A stretch of DNA of 63,976 nt, the filler included, from Octopus bimaculoides (taxonomy: Eukaryota), in assembly GCF_001194135.2 (NCBI RefSeq). It is 8 parts of 7 records of this genome, joined end to end, with 100 filler letters (N's around TTAATTAATTAA, not from the genome) between each part and the next. Parts side by side here need not be neighbours in the genome. Positions count along the whole stretch, not along the records: positions 1 to 20,576 come from NC_068991.1; 7 more parts are not named here. One strand, given 5' to 3'. Shown here piece by piece: positions 1 through 12,599 of this stretch. Each line of letters begins with the position of its first letter. Within the stretch, counting starts at the first letter, position 1. The translations under genes and the position numbers were made by a program. The notes below the pieces were generated by a model. The model was given only the letters and a program-made list of their open reading frames with translations. It did no database searches and had not been told where the DNA came from.

Positions 1-120
1 CAACTTTGTCTTTCATCCTTTCGGGGTCGATAAATTAAGTACCAGTTGCGAACTGATTCCATCTAATCGACTGGCTCCCTCCCCCAAAATTTCGTGCCTT
101 GTGCTTAGAGCAGAAAAGAA
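1..120 (+). mobile_element. SINE family B, 3' half
   Basis: Matches the 3' half of the copy at 2836-3273 (gactttgcctttcatcc...gataaattaagtaccagttgc...cttgtg..tagag.agaaaagaa). Confidence 0.8.
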
Positions 121-383
121 TATGTATGTACGTACATATGTATATATGAATATTGTATGTATTTGGAAGAGCTTATGAGCAGTTAACGGGCATCCAACAG
201 TACATGTACATTTGTATGTGTGTATGTTTGTATGTATGCATGCATGTATATATGTATGAATGTATGTCCATTATAGATCAGGAAGAACATAGTTCCAATA
301 AAGACACGATACAAAATTAAGAAGTGTGCATATTTTGATGTTTTATTAATAGCAGTTTCACAGAGAACTGTGAGGTTTCCGGC

Positions 384-400
384 TAATAATAATAATAATG

Positions 401-459
<59 letters not shown>

Positions 460-480
460 TATAATTATAATAATAATAAT
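384..480. repeat. (AAT)n microsatellite
   Basis: Directly visible. Confidence 0.95.
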
Positions 481-1949
481 TTTTTACATATATATTTTAC
501 CTGTGAATTTGCGTGTGTAAACTAAGAATGCATACAATGAGCTTCTCTGCCCTAGGTGAACGCAAAACACTCGGCGAGAAATGGAAAAAAAATTTGAAGA
601 AAGAAGAAAAAAAACAGCATAATAATAATAATGATATAGGGATGTATGTAGGTAATTACCTGCTCTCAGGACGTGAAACGAAATCTGTCAAAGAGCAGAT
701 TATGTCAGCTGAGTCAGCGGCCATCGAACAACTGAGAGCGAGTGACCCCTACCATTTCCTTTAGACATCATTGCGTGAGAATGAAAACCCTGTTCTAACA
801 GATGCGACTTTATATGCATTCAGTGATGTTGACTAGTTCTTCTTTCTGAGCAAAAGCACTACGTTCTTTAGAGGGTGAGCTCAGCCCTATACAAGGACTT
901 TCCACGCTTTAAAGATCTTCATGCCCAGCCATCGCTTGATTATTAACATTTCTATTAACATATGAACTGTTTTTCATCCTGCGACTGGCTGTAACCATAT
1001 GAGCAAGACACTCAATGGAAAGTTCCATAATGGAATGAAGGCGTATTTGAGTGTGGGTAGTAAGTTCTGTGTACACCTGCTGTGAGGGGCACCCATCTTT
1101 GCTTCATCTGTGCAAAAGAGTGTAGGTCCCCTGGTAGAACTAAAATGCCTCGTCCATGCTACTCATTTTTAAGAAAACGATCAAAATGATGACATAGTTC
1201 GAGATCGAGTCTGAGTCATTATATATGTGACTACATTCATTGTTGTGTGGTTATGACAGTACAGCATCTTGAGCAGTTCTCCTTCTCTCATTCCAAAGAC
1301 CCGAGGAATTTGGTAAGAAAAACCTGCGTGAAATCTCATCTGTTGGTCCTTTCCCGTTTCTGGTTTGTAGAATTTATCTATCACCTGACACCCTTATTTC
1401 ACTGTCGTCCATTTTGTTGCAATCACTGGTGTTTTCCCACATTACTCACTTGAGTTATAGCCATTATTCGTCCTCCTGTCATACGAAGCCATTAAAAATA
1501 TTATAGCTTTGTACTATTGCTTAAACTAAATCTATATCACTACAGTAAACTGATGTCAAATATTTCCAAAGAAAAAAAAAATATTGCAAGATAAATAGAA
1601 AGTACCGTGAAAAGCAGGTTGGGGGTGGGGAGGAGTCCTGAATACATTTCTTCTGATAAAGAAAATAAAGCGAAAGAATGGGGGGAGCAGGAGCGATCAA
1701 ACATGATTAAAACGAGTAGCAGGGAGGAAGAGGGGGGAAGAGGGGGGGAAGAGGGGTGCTAGGATGAAACATCGTACACCTCACATTCTGCACTTTACAA
1801 TACTTAAATTAGTGTTAGCATATTTAATGCAAGGAGCATGAATGATATATAAAACACCTCGTATCTCTTTCGAAATCTTAATCCTACAATAAATGACTAA
1901 TTCTATTTGATTACTAACGACATTTCTATACTTCTCTTATCATTATTAC

Positions 1950-2000
<51 letters not shown>

Positions 2001-2184
2001 TTGTTATTATTCATTGTTATTATTATTATTTGATATATATTTGATTGATGTTTTCTTGCATTTTTGGTATTGTCGGGAGTTTATTTTTAAATGCACATCT
2101 TTTTTTTTTTTCAATAGAAGCTGCTGATTTGCTTCCCTTCGCTCACTTCCATTCGCCAATCCTATCTATCTATCTATCTATCTG

Positions 2185-2231
<47 letters not shown>

Positions 2232-2260
2232 GTCTCTCTCTCTCTCTCTATGTCTGTCTA
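1950..2260. repeat. (ATT)n and (CTAT)n/(CT)n microsatellites
   Basis: Directly visible; they explain the LSIY-type ORF at 2045. Confidence 0.9.
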
Positions 2261-2835
2261 TCCCCCTTCTGTCGCAATATCTTAATCATTTCGCATGCTT
2301 CCTTGCTTTCCTTCCGTCTTCACTTTTCTTTTATGAGTGACATTTTTGCTTTAAATTGCGGTCAACTGGAGTGTTTAGTGCAGTAAATAAGCTACAACCT
2401 CATCAGTATAAAAGGTAACGAAAGAGTGAAAGGAAACACGAAATAAAAGAACAGAACAAAAGAAGACATCTTTTTTCTTGTACTATTTTTGTTTTAATAT
2501 AAATTTAGTTTGTGTCTTTTTTATTTAGTGAGAAAATAAATGATATGAAGTAGAAGGGAGCAAAAAAACTTTAAATAAAGTGAAATTTGTAAAATTCATA
2601 AAATAGTAATAATGATGTTTTATTTCGAACATTGCATTCAGTACCATTCATGCATACAAATACAAAATCTTTAAATCTAGAGCTTTACAAAAACGTGTAG
2701 GGTGGGAGAAACAAGTTATATAAAATGACGCGACGGCTGAAAGACGTTATACAATGTATGAAGGGGCAAGTTTATAAATTTAAGTAAAAACATACAAATA
2801 GTATGAAAGTGTGCCATAAAAAACAGCAATAATAA

Positions 2836-3273
2836 GGCAGCGAGATGGCAGAAACGTTAAGACGCCGAGCGAAATACCTAGCGGTATTTTGTCTGCCGTT
2901 ACGTTCTGAGTTCAAATTCCGCCGAGGTCGACTTTGCCTTTCATTTTTTCGGGATCGATAGATTAAGTACCAGTTACGCACTGGGGTCGGTGTAATCGAC
3001 TTAATTCCTTTGTCTGTCCTTGTTTGTCCCCTATATTTTTAGCCCCTTGTGGGCAATAAAGAAATAAGAAACGTTAGCACGTCGGGCAAAATGCTTAGCG
3101 GTATTTCGTCTGCCGTTACGTTCTGAGTTCAAATTCCGCCGAGATCGACTTTGCCTTTCATCCTGTCCAGATCGATAAATTAAGTACCAGTTGCGTACTG
3201 AGGTTGATCTAATCGACTGCCCCCCCACCTCCCCTCCAAATATTTTCGGCCTTGTGGCTAGAGTAGAAAAGAA
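2836..3273 (+). mobile_element. Dimeric tRNA-headed SINE (family B)
   Basis: Two tandem monomers (second starts ~3068 at gaaacgttagcac), each with a B-box-like gagttcaaattcc. Related copies lie at 1, 11632, 15665, 54846, 57270 and 58304. Confidence 0.85.
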
Positions 3274-3832
3274 TAAAAATCTGCAATAATTAAGACAATA
3301 TCTTTAAAATGGAAGAGTCTATTTGGATTGATTAGGGCAAATTATTGCCTTTATTATATGCATGCTTTTCACACATCTGCTAAAATGACCCTGTCTTATG
3401 TAATGCTGAGTTCGGAATCTTCAATGAAGAGATCTTTGCTTAAATAGGGCGAGTAATGGCCCAAGTCTTAGGGATGAATAACCTTAAACGTATAAGAAAT
3501 ATACTTGGAGTATTTTACTAATAGTTTATCTTCCTTATGTTGTTGGACCAACCAGTGATTCGTTTTGATACAATAACGCTCATGTCAGAATTGTCTTATG
3601 TTAGGCTTTTGTTGGCCTTGCGAAACCTTCTTGCAATTCTTTGCTGCAAAATTCTAATTATTTATTCGTTGTACCGGAGCAATGATATTTGAATGCAATG
3701 CTGCAGCTTCACGGCGATAGACTCTCAGGTAATGTTACCGCAGAGATTCTTCGGAAGAACCTCTTTTTGGGGATCGAACTCTTTCGATTATTAACCAACA
3801 TTCATGACCATAAATGAATATATAAATGAATA

Positions 3833-4257
3833 GGCGCAGGAGTGGCTGTGTGGTAAGTAGCTTGCTTATCAATCACATGGTTCCTGGTTCAGTCTCACTG
3901 CGTGGCATCTTGAGCAAGTGTCTTCTACTATAGCCTCGGGCCGACCAAAGCCTTGTGAGTGGATTTGGTAGACGGAAACTGAAAGAAGCCCGTTGTATAT
4001 ATATGTATATATATATATTATGTGTGTGTGTGTGTGTATATATGTTTGTGTGTCTGTGATTGTCCTCCCTAGCATTGCTTGACAACCGATGCTGGTGTGT
4101 TTACGTCCCCGTCACTCAGCGGTTCGGCAAAAGAGACCGATAGAATAAGTACTAGGCTTACAAAGAATAAGTCCTGGGGTCGATTAGCTCGACTAAAGGC
4201 GGTGCTCCAGCATGGCCACAGTCAAATGACTGAAACAAGTAAAAGAGTAAAAGAGTA
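3833..4257 (+). mobile_element. Full-length tRNA-headed SINE (family A)
   Basis: A-box-like tggctgtgtggtaag, B-box-like ggttcagtctc, internal (TA/TG)n, and tail ggcggtgctccagcatggccacagtcaaatgactgaaac followed by (aagagta)n. Many copies occur in the window. Confidence 0.88.
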
Positions 4258-4276
4258 TACATATATAGAGACAGAC

Positions 4277-4317
<41 letters not shown>

Positions 4318-4429
4318 CAGAGAGTGAGGAGAGATGTTAGCAGTTGATGATGTCGAGCTAGGAGTAAGAAGAAAGGCGATAAAGTACAAAAGCAAGTGTT
4401 CCATTGTATAGCAAAACTAATGTAGGTAG

Positions 4430-4700
4430 TGGCAGCACAGTCCTGTTGGTGGTGGTGGGGGGGGGGAGAAGGTGGTGATGGTGAGGGTCATGGTAGTGAT
4501 GTTGGTAGCGGTAGTAATTGTAAAAGGAAAGAAGAAAGATGGAGGAGGAGAGGAGGAGAAGGGGTAAATAAAAAGAGCACAACGATGACAATGATAAGTG
4601 AAGATGATGGTGATGTTGCTGTTGCCGTTTACTTTGTTGATGACGATGATGACGATGGTGATGATGATGACGACGACGACGACGACGACGACGTCATCAT
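4430..4700. repeat. GGT/GAT/GAC trinucleotide low-complexity region
   Basis: Directly visible; source of the poly-D/poly-G ORFs. Confidence 0.85.
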
Positions 4701-5079
4701 CCCAAAGAACAGGAACGGAGCGGAAGATTGAAAAGAAGGAAAAGACACAGAAGAAAAAAAAAAGAAAAGAAAAAGAATAGAGACGGAGATAAATGGCGTC
4801 GGATGAGGACGCTGGGGTGGGGGTAGGGTCTATTATTTGGGGGAAGGAAATGAAGTATTTTGGTGTATAAGCTGAATAGTTTAAAGCTATCCGGCTTGCG
4901 AGTTTGAACCTTTGTACTCGTTTTCATTTTATTGTGTGGTCTGTGTGTGTACGTGTATGTGTGAGAGTATGTATGTGTGTGTCTGTAAATACAGATCTGT
5001 GTGGATGTGTAGGTAACTTTGTCATTGGTGACTGTGTGTTTGCACACGATAGAGGTTACGTCAATGCTTAATGTGGGAG

Positions 5080-5119
<40 letters not shown>

Positions 5120-5310
5120 CGTACGCTAGTTTCTCTCCGTATGAGTACTGTGTTTTTTGTGTGTGGTTGGTAGGTGTGTAAACGTGGGCGCGTGGAAATT
5201 TGCATGTGTGTGTGTGGGGNNNNNNNNNNGTGTTTCTGTTAATTCTATTTTTTCACTTTGTTTTGTATTTATATTATTTTTTGTTCGTTGTCATTGTGCA
5301 ACGACAAACA

Positions 5311-5348
<38 letters not shown>

Positions 5349-6209
5349 ATACACATACACACGTTCCTGCTCTTTCTCTCACTTTCTTAGAAATGTATCT
5401 ATGCATTCTCTTGCAAAAACTACTAACACACACATACACACCGACGCCCATATACACACAAACCTTACACATATCCGCATGCATATATCCTTATATAAAC
5501 TTCACTAATCAGGCTTATACACACACACACACAAACACACACACACAAACACACACACACNNNNNNNNNNCACACACACACACATAAAACAACCAGTTCT
5601 ATTTGATTGATGAAATCAACAAAAATGAGTGACAGCAGACTTCAAGGTATTTCAGGTAGAGACTACACCTCCATCCAAAATTTCCCCGACCCCACAAACC
5701 ACCCAAGCAACTAATCAATCAACCAACCGAACAAATGATCCTTTGGTTCTAATTTCTATACCCCAGCCCCTTAGCCTCTATCAAGAAACCCAACCCGATT
5801 CTATTCTGCCCGGATATTATGGGATCTCGCTGTACCTCCGCTCTATTCATCAACTCCAACACTTATTCATTCTTTTGTATCTCCTGTACACACACTTACA
5901 CACTCCTTGTCACAATTCTTCCCCTCATTCCACTCCTTGGCTCTTTTTTTTTTTTTTCGATTTCAATCTACCAGAACCACCACTAATTTCAACAGATGAC
6001 GAGAATTAATTATGACGATGACGATGACGATGACGGTGACTATAGTACTGACGATGTCAACGACGACGACGATGACGACGATGATGATGATGATGATGAA
6101 GATGGTTGGAATAATGAGGATGCGGTGATGGATAAAGTCGGCAATATATCACAATATAATGCAGGTTGGTTTGTATAATGAAATAAGTAAGCAGGCGTGT
6201 GTGTGTGTA

Positions 6210-6241
<32 letters not shown>

Positions 6242-6481
6242 CGTGTTTCTTGAGTTTTACTACTTGCACACTAATATACGTAAAGCACACACACACTCAC
6301 ACACACACAAATGGATGTGTGCGTACAACAGTGTAAATCCCTATACGCATATATATCAATGTACATATAAATAAATACTTATGTATAGTGGTATATCTGT
6401 GCGTGTACCCAGTTATGTATCTATATGTACATGTAGATGAAGGTATGTACATACATGTACATATATATGCATATACTCATA

Positions 6482-6550
6482 TATTGTTCGGGAGGTGCAC
6501 AAAGCCGGATTTCACGGTAGGGCAGCAATCAGAAAACCACAGTTTTCAAA
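6482..6550 (+). mobile_element. Tc1-type transposase fragment truncated by a gap
   Basis: Translates as IVREVHKAGFHGRAAIRKPQFS, resembling the Tc1 linker between the HTH and DDE domains (R.LH..G...R.A.RKP). Confidence 0.65.
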
Positions 6551-7989
6551 NNNNNNNNNNNNNNNNNNNNNNNNNNNNNNNNNNNNNNNNNNNNNNNNNN
6601 NNNNNNNNNNNNNNNNNNNNNNNNNNNNNNNNNNNNNNNNNNNNNNNNNNNNNNNNNNNNNNNNNNNNNNNNNNNNNNNNNNNNNNNNNNNNNNNNNNNN
6701 NNNNNNNNNNNNNNNNNNNNNNNNNNNNNNNNNNNNNNNNNNNNNNNNNNNNNNNNNNNNNNNNNNNNNNNNNNNNNNNNNNNNNNNNNNNNNNNNNNNN
6801 NNNNNNNNNNNNNNNNNNNNNNNNNNNNNNNNNNNNNNNNNNNNNNNNNNNNNNNNNNNNNNNNNNNNNNNNNNNNNNNNNNNNNNNNNNNNNNNNNNNN
6901 NNNNNNNNNNNNNNNNNNNNNNNNNNNNNNNNNNNNNNNNNNNNNNNNNNNNNNNNNNNNNNNNNNNNNNNNNNNNNNNNNNNNNNNNNNNNNNNNNNNN
7001 NNNNNNNNNNNNNNNNNNNNNNNNNNNNNNNNNNNNNNNNNNNNNNNNNNNNNNNNNNNNNNNNNNNNNNNNNNNNNNNNNNNNNNNNNNNNNNNNNNNN
7101 NNNNNNNNNNNNNNNNNNNNNNNNNNNNNNNNNNNNNNNNNNNNNNNNNNNNNNNNNNNNNNNNNNNNNNNNNNNNNNNNNNNNNNNNNNNNNNNNNNNN
7201 NNNNNNNNNNNNNNNNNNNNNNNNNNNNNNNNNNNNNNNNNNNNNNNNNNNNNNNNNNNNNNNNNNNNNNNNNNNNNNNNNNNNNNNNNNNNNNNNNNNN
7301 NNNNNNNNNNNNNNNNNNNNNNNNNNNNNNNNNNNNNNNNNNNNNNGCATAATACGCTGTTAGAGAGAAATTGATTGGAAATCAGACGCAACCAAATGTT
7401 CTTTACACTTGTCTAAAAAGCTGCAGACACAAAATAATCTCTGCTAGTGTTGTTGTTGTTGTTCTTCTTATTATTATTTTTCTTCTTCTTCTTCTTCTTC
7501 TTCTTCTTCTTCTTCTTCTTCTTCTTCTTCTTCTTCTCCTTCTCCTCCTCCTCCTCCTCCTCCTCCCTCTTCTCCTGTTTCTTCTTGTCGATGACGCCAT
7601 TGTTATCATCATTATTGTCGTTGTCGATTTTGCTACAGCTGTTGTTTAGATCAGTTCTGCTTTGATCTCGTTGTCCAATTTATAGTCAAAGACGTTCCAG
7701 TCTTGGCCATCCTATTTTATTTTTGTAAAGTCGTGTTATAAATGACTACATTATCCAAAGTGTCCATCGTTATTTACGACACGAAATGTATTATTTGAAT
7801 TCCATTTGGTTGCTATATCAAGTAAGTCGAACGATAACTTAAACGCTTCTCTCTGTGGAACTTCCTAATATTTAGTGTTGTTAGTATTGTTGCTGTTGTG
7901 GTGTTTGTTGTAAGCATTGTTGTAGTACATGCTGTAGTATGGTCTTTGCTCTAGTATTTGTACCAATATGATTATTAGGAAAGCGAAAG

Positions 7990-8450
7990 TGAGGGAGGGG
8001 CCTTTTTTCCTGGGTAAAATATGTAATATTAGGAGACGTTTTTTGAAAGCAAATTCTAGGAATATTGTCATGGCAGGGACCTTCTTGGGTTGAAACTACT
8101 GGACGTAGCTACTGGAACTTGTCATACATGGGTGGAATAAAAAGGACGGTTTTGTAGAACATTTACCTATTGTCTGCAGTGTGAAATTGGATGCAAAAGT
8201 TGCAGCCATTGTGGAAGCTTGCTCCGCCAGGGAACAGCTCAGAAAACCTGCAAAGTTAGTAAGTGATGGTTTTGGTATAAGACAAAAAGAAACGGTTGCC
8301 GTTTGCATTATAATTAGCAGTGTTGTTTTCAAAACAGCTTAAACTAGGGAAGTTAGTGAAACAAGGAAAAGAGCAGGTTTTGAATACCAAAAGTAATGTG
8401 ATTGTTTTTTTCTTAAGAAACCTCAAATTTTGCAAATAATTATCGAAGTT
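7990..8450 (-). mobile_element. Degraded CR1/L2-group LINE ORF2 fragment (between endonuclease and RT)
   Basis: Minus-strand frames give ATFASNFTLQTIGK and GPCHDNIPRICFQKTSPNITHIL, resembling the pre-RT segments ASTFASNSTL..SGK and GPD.IP..VL.KC.PEL..IL. Frameshifted. Confidence 0.45.
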
Positions 8451-8699
8451 CATCGGTTCCGATATTGCAACGATTAGTGAAAATAAATCTTAGAAGTCAA
8501 TATCTAACGAGTAAAGAGAAAACATACATTGTATGGAAAATATTGTTTCGTTTGCAGAAAGAAACAAAGGGATTCTATTGGTTGGCGACATAATGATTGA
8601 TTGTTCTTCAGAAAGTGGAAAATAGTAAAAGACTTTGGCTGCAACATTATTTCCCAAAAAAAAAAACAAGCTGTACACTTACGCGCGTTCATAAATGAA

Positions 8700-8702
<3 letters not shown>

Positions 8703-8786
<84 letters not shown>

Positions 8787-8822
8787 ACACAGGCATATGT
8801 GTGTGTGTGTGTGTGTGTGTGG
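8703..8822. repeat. (CA)n then (GT)n microsatellites
   Basis: Directly visible. Confidence 0.95.
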
Positions 8823-9253
8823 TAACGTATATGGGCGTGTGTCTAAACATGTCAGACGATAAATAAAGTGTAATGGTAATAACTGTTAACAGTTAACGAG
8901 AGCTAATCTCTAAAACAAGGATTTAAAAATCGGAGACAGAAAAAAAAAAGCTATCGCTGCAATTCTATTGTTATACTTTGACTAATCTTAGTTAATCTTT
9001 CAGACATATAAAATTACGAAGTACTTTGTCGAGAGTCTGGAGCTTTTCTGATCGTTCATTTCAGACGTTCTTCTTGCCAATGCTTAATTTAAACAAAACA
9101 AGAAGCAAAGTACGCGTTTTATGTTCGATTTAACGTGAATGGCGTTCGACAATTGGATTTTAAAAACAACTGACCCGCCCTCTCTCATTCGAACTCCAGA
9201 TATGGCTTGACAAAGCTGTGTCATGTTCTTTCAGATTTCATGAAAACATCAAT

Positions 9254-9467
9254 ATTCTTTTATTCTTTTATTTGTTTCAGTCCTTTGACTGCGGCTATAC
9301 TGGAGCACCGCCTTTAGTCGAGCACATCAAACCCAGGACTTATTCTTTGTAAACGTAGTACTTATTCTATCGGTCTATTTTGCCCGGGGTCTATTTGCTC
9401 GACTGAAGGCGGTGCTCCAGCATGGCCACAGTCAAATGACTGAAATAAGTAAAAGAGTAAAAGAGTA
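9254..9467. mobile_element. Two family A SINE 3' fragments in opposite orientation (9254-9384 minus, 9385-9467 plus)
   Basis: Both match the tail of the 3833-4257 copy. Confidence 0.8.
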
Positions 9468-9561
9468 TCTAGAGCATTTTTATGCCATTTTGCTTGTTAT
9501 AGACAAAATCCAGTGTTTCGTTTTTGCCTAATCGTGCGAGAACCGGCATCATGTATGTATG

Positions 9562-9597
<36 letters not shown>

Positions 9598-10148
9598 TAG
9601 AGAGAGACAAGAAGGCGAGAATAAAGAGAAAAGGAAGAAAGAGACAGACACATAGCAAAATACGTAAAAGTCGTCAACGTGCAGGTCAAAAGAAAAAAAA
9701 AACAAACAGAAAAAAAACAAAAAAAAAAGGACCAAATAAACAGAAGCAAACTATTGACTACAACGCGAGAAAATAAGGAAAAAATGATTGTTCGGACATC
9801 TATTATGACATCCGTAAACCCCTTTGTTTTCTTTTCATGAGTTTATTCACGAAATAGCAAATCTATTTTCTAGATTGCCATAGATTGTAAAGTTATACGG
9901 GTGTGTACATTTGCAATTGTTAAGGATGGTGTTGTGAAATATTAGAAACAATAAGGGTATCTATTGTAATACGAGACTTTGAGGATTGATATTTTTTGTT
10001 TTAGTTCTAAGTCAGACCCTGATCAACTAGATGTATAATTAAAAACCATTCCAGCTGTGACCATCCCGTCTCTTTTACTTTGATTCTAGGCACAGCGACT
10101 TATGATTATAATTCTTTTTTTTTTTTTTTCCCCTACTGTAGACACAGT

Positions 10149-10473
10149 GGAGGCGCAATGGCCCAGTGGTTAGGGTAGCGGACTAGCGGTCATAGGATCG
10201 CGGTTTCGATTCCCAGACCGGGCATTGTGAGTGTTTATTGAGCGAAAACACCTAAAAGCTCCACGAGGCTCCGGCAGTGGATGGTAGCGTACCCTGCTGA
10301 ATTCTTCCACCACAACTTTCTCTTACTTCCTGTTTCTGTTGTGCCTGTAATTCAAAGCGCCAGCCTTGTCACACTGTGTGTCACGCTGAATCTCCCCGAG
10401 AACTAAGTTAAGGGTGCACGTGTCTGTGGAGTGCTCAGCCACTTGCACGTTAATTTCACGAGTAGGCTGTTCC
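10149..10473 (+). mobile_element. tRNA-headed SINE (family C), truncated by a gap
   Basis: A box tggcccagtgg and B box ggtttcgattccc; the body matches 15307-15646. Confidence 0.88.
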
Positions 10474-11089
10474 NNNNNNNNNNNNNNNNNNNNNNNNNNN
10501 NNNNNNNNNNNNNNNNNNNNNNNNNNNNNNNNNNNNNNNNNNNNNNNNNNNNNNNNNNNNNNNNNNNNNNNNNNNNNNNNNNNNNNNNNNNNNNNNNNNN
10601 NNNNNNNNNNNNNNNNNNNNNNNNNNNNNNNNNNNNNNNNNNNNNNNNNNNNNNNNNNNNNNNNNNNNNNNNNNNNNNNNNNNNNNNNNNNNNNNNNNNN
10701 NNNNNNNNNNNNNNNNNNNNNNNNNNNNNNNNNNNNNNNNNNNNNNNNNNNNNNNNNNNNNNNNNNNNNNNNNNNNNNNNNNNNNNNNNNNNNNNNNNAA
10801 GGCAACATCGACCACGGCGTTATTCGGGCGAAATTCTGCTTTAACTACGCGATGTAACACCTCATAAATTTTTGGTGGGTTTTAGGAATTTTCAGAAAAT
10901 TCTCACGAATTTGTGTTTCTACACACGGAAATTCATACGACTCGGCACTGCAAAAAAGATATATGTATTTGCATTAGGAGCCCTTCGCATCGAAGATCGG
11001 TGATTGTCGTACGCTGACGATGGGTAAATACCCAGAAACCCGGGTCCGTGCGTATCACGTCAGATCGACGATGGGAAGGATGGCTTCCC

Positions 11090-11215
11090 TTTGCAAATAC
11101 CGACAGGGCGCAGAAAATGTGTCAATAGCCAGTTGGAGGAGATGTTCTCCTGGGGCTACAAGCTATAGTAGCATTCGCCCTTAGGGGTTAGCCGCATTTA
11201 AATGGCAAATATAAT
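11090..11215 (-). repeat. Unclassified dispersed repeat (second copy 21437-21580, plus)
   Basis: Reverse complement aligns with 21437-21580 (atatttgcca.ttaaatg.ggc...gctact...acatct.ctcca.ctggcta.tga...gtatttgc.aa.ggaa). Confidence 0.65.
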
Positions 11216-11631
11216 TTTCTTTTTAATTATTCGAATTTATAAAACAAATTGGTGTTGGAGATTTTTCGAATATTTTGCTTAAATCTCCAGCAACAGACCA
11301 TTAAATTTGTTTATGGGGAAAAAGATATTGTAAAAGATCACTACATCAGAATGACAAACAAACGAAGACGGTATCAGGTGGTCGTCAGATGTGCTAAAAA
11401 TAACAGATAAATAGTCCTTAAATCACAAAACAAAAACTCTTTTTTTCTTTGGTTTTTGCATAGTCATATAAATTCCCGTGTGTAGAAAACAAATTCGCAA
11501 AAATTTTCTGAAAATTCTCAGAAATAAAAGAAGTGAGATCATAAAGCAGGACTTCGCCGTTAGTTGAACTCCGGACGTGAAGAGGATGAAATGCTGGTAA
11601 GCATTACTGTACGTGTGAACTGTTCTGCTAG

Positions 11632-11834
11632 ATCCTTTCTACTGAAGGCACAAGGCGTTGAAATTCTAGCGGGTGGGAGCTAGTCGATTACATCGACCGC
11701 AGTGTTTCACTGGTGCTTAATTTATCGACCCCAAAAGAATGTAGGCAAAGTCGACCTCGGCGGAATTTGAACGCAGAACGTAGCGACGGGCGAAATACCG
11801 TTAAGCGTGCTAACGATTCTACCAGATAGCCACC
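11632..11834 (-). mobile_element. SINE family B monomer
   Basis: Reverse complement of the family B monomer. Confidence 0.8.
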
Positions 11835-11842
11835 TTAAGGCA

Positions 11843-12310
11843 ACTGCTTCCCAACCACATGGTTCCGGGTTCAGTTCCACTGCGTGATATCTTGGGCAAG
11901 TGTCTTCGACTATAACCTGGGCCAACCAAAGCCTTATGAGTGGATTTGGTAGACGAAAACTGAAAGAAGNNNNNNNNNNAGTCACATATAGAAGAATTTA
12001 ATAAGTAAATACACTAAAAAGAACTATAAAATACAAAGTAATAATTATTAAAATAATATTTTAATAATATTTTAATAATTATTTTAATAATTATTACGTT
12101 GTATTTTCTCTAAATTATATATGTGTGTGTGTGTGTGTGAGTGTGTGTACGTCTGTGCGTGCGTGTGTGTGTATGTGTATGTATATGTATGTATGTATTT
12201 GTGTGTCTGTGTTTGTCTCCCCACCATCACTTGACAACCGATGTTTGTGTGTTTACGTCCCCGTAACCTAGTGGTTCAGCAAAAGAGACCGATCGAATAA
12301 ATACTAGAAT
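11843..12310 (+). mobile_element. SINE family A pieces split by a gap and AT-rich DNA
   Basis: 11843-11969 matches the 5' half and ~12198-12310 the 3' half of family A. Confidence 0.7.
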
Positions 12311-12599
12311 TCAATCTGTTCGTCATTTGTAATGATTCTTGTCCAATTTTGAGGAGATTTGTCGTTCTACTTCTTGCAAATTTAGTGACCACGTAGCGGC
12401 TCCCCCGTTGATTGGAACCAGGAGGATTTTCGACTGCAGGGTCTATGATGGATTGCTGAAGAATTATGAGATTGCACTTAATATCATAGATATACATTAT
12501 CTTATAGGAAGGGGGTTCAAAGTAATGATGGAAGAGGTGGGGGGGGGAATTTAAGGGTTAAGAGGAGAAGGATTACAGCTCTATGAAACAGGTTGCAAT

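Noticed and set aside
770-1450. Possible decayed retroelement on the minus strand (KSLYRA...HIKSHLLEQGF)
   Set aside because: The similarity to Penelope thumb motifs is too fragmentary to support a call without a search.
5629-6009. Thr/Pro-rich 126-aa ORF as another mucin exon
   Set aside because: Short, drifts into poly-F/low complexity, and shows no similarity to the 139-aa unit or clear exon boundaries.
6388-7391. Long ORFs dominated by X (also at 10.3, 12.6, 17.4, 19, 31, 39.7, 43 and 55.8 kb)
   Set aside because: They are open only because they span N gaps.
10149-10225. tRNA gene (also 14084 and 15307)
   Set aside because: It has A and B boxes but no convincing acceptor stem or cloverleaf, and it continues into a shared ~270-bp body, so it is a SINE head.
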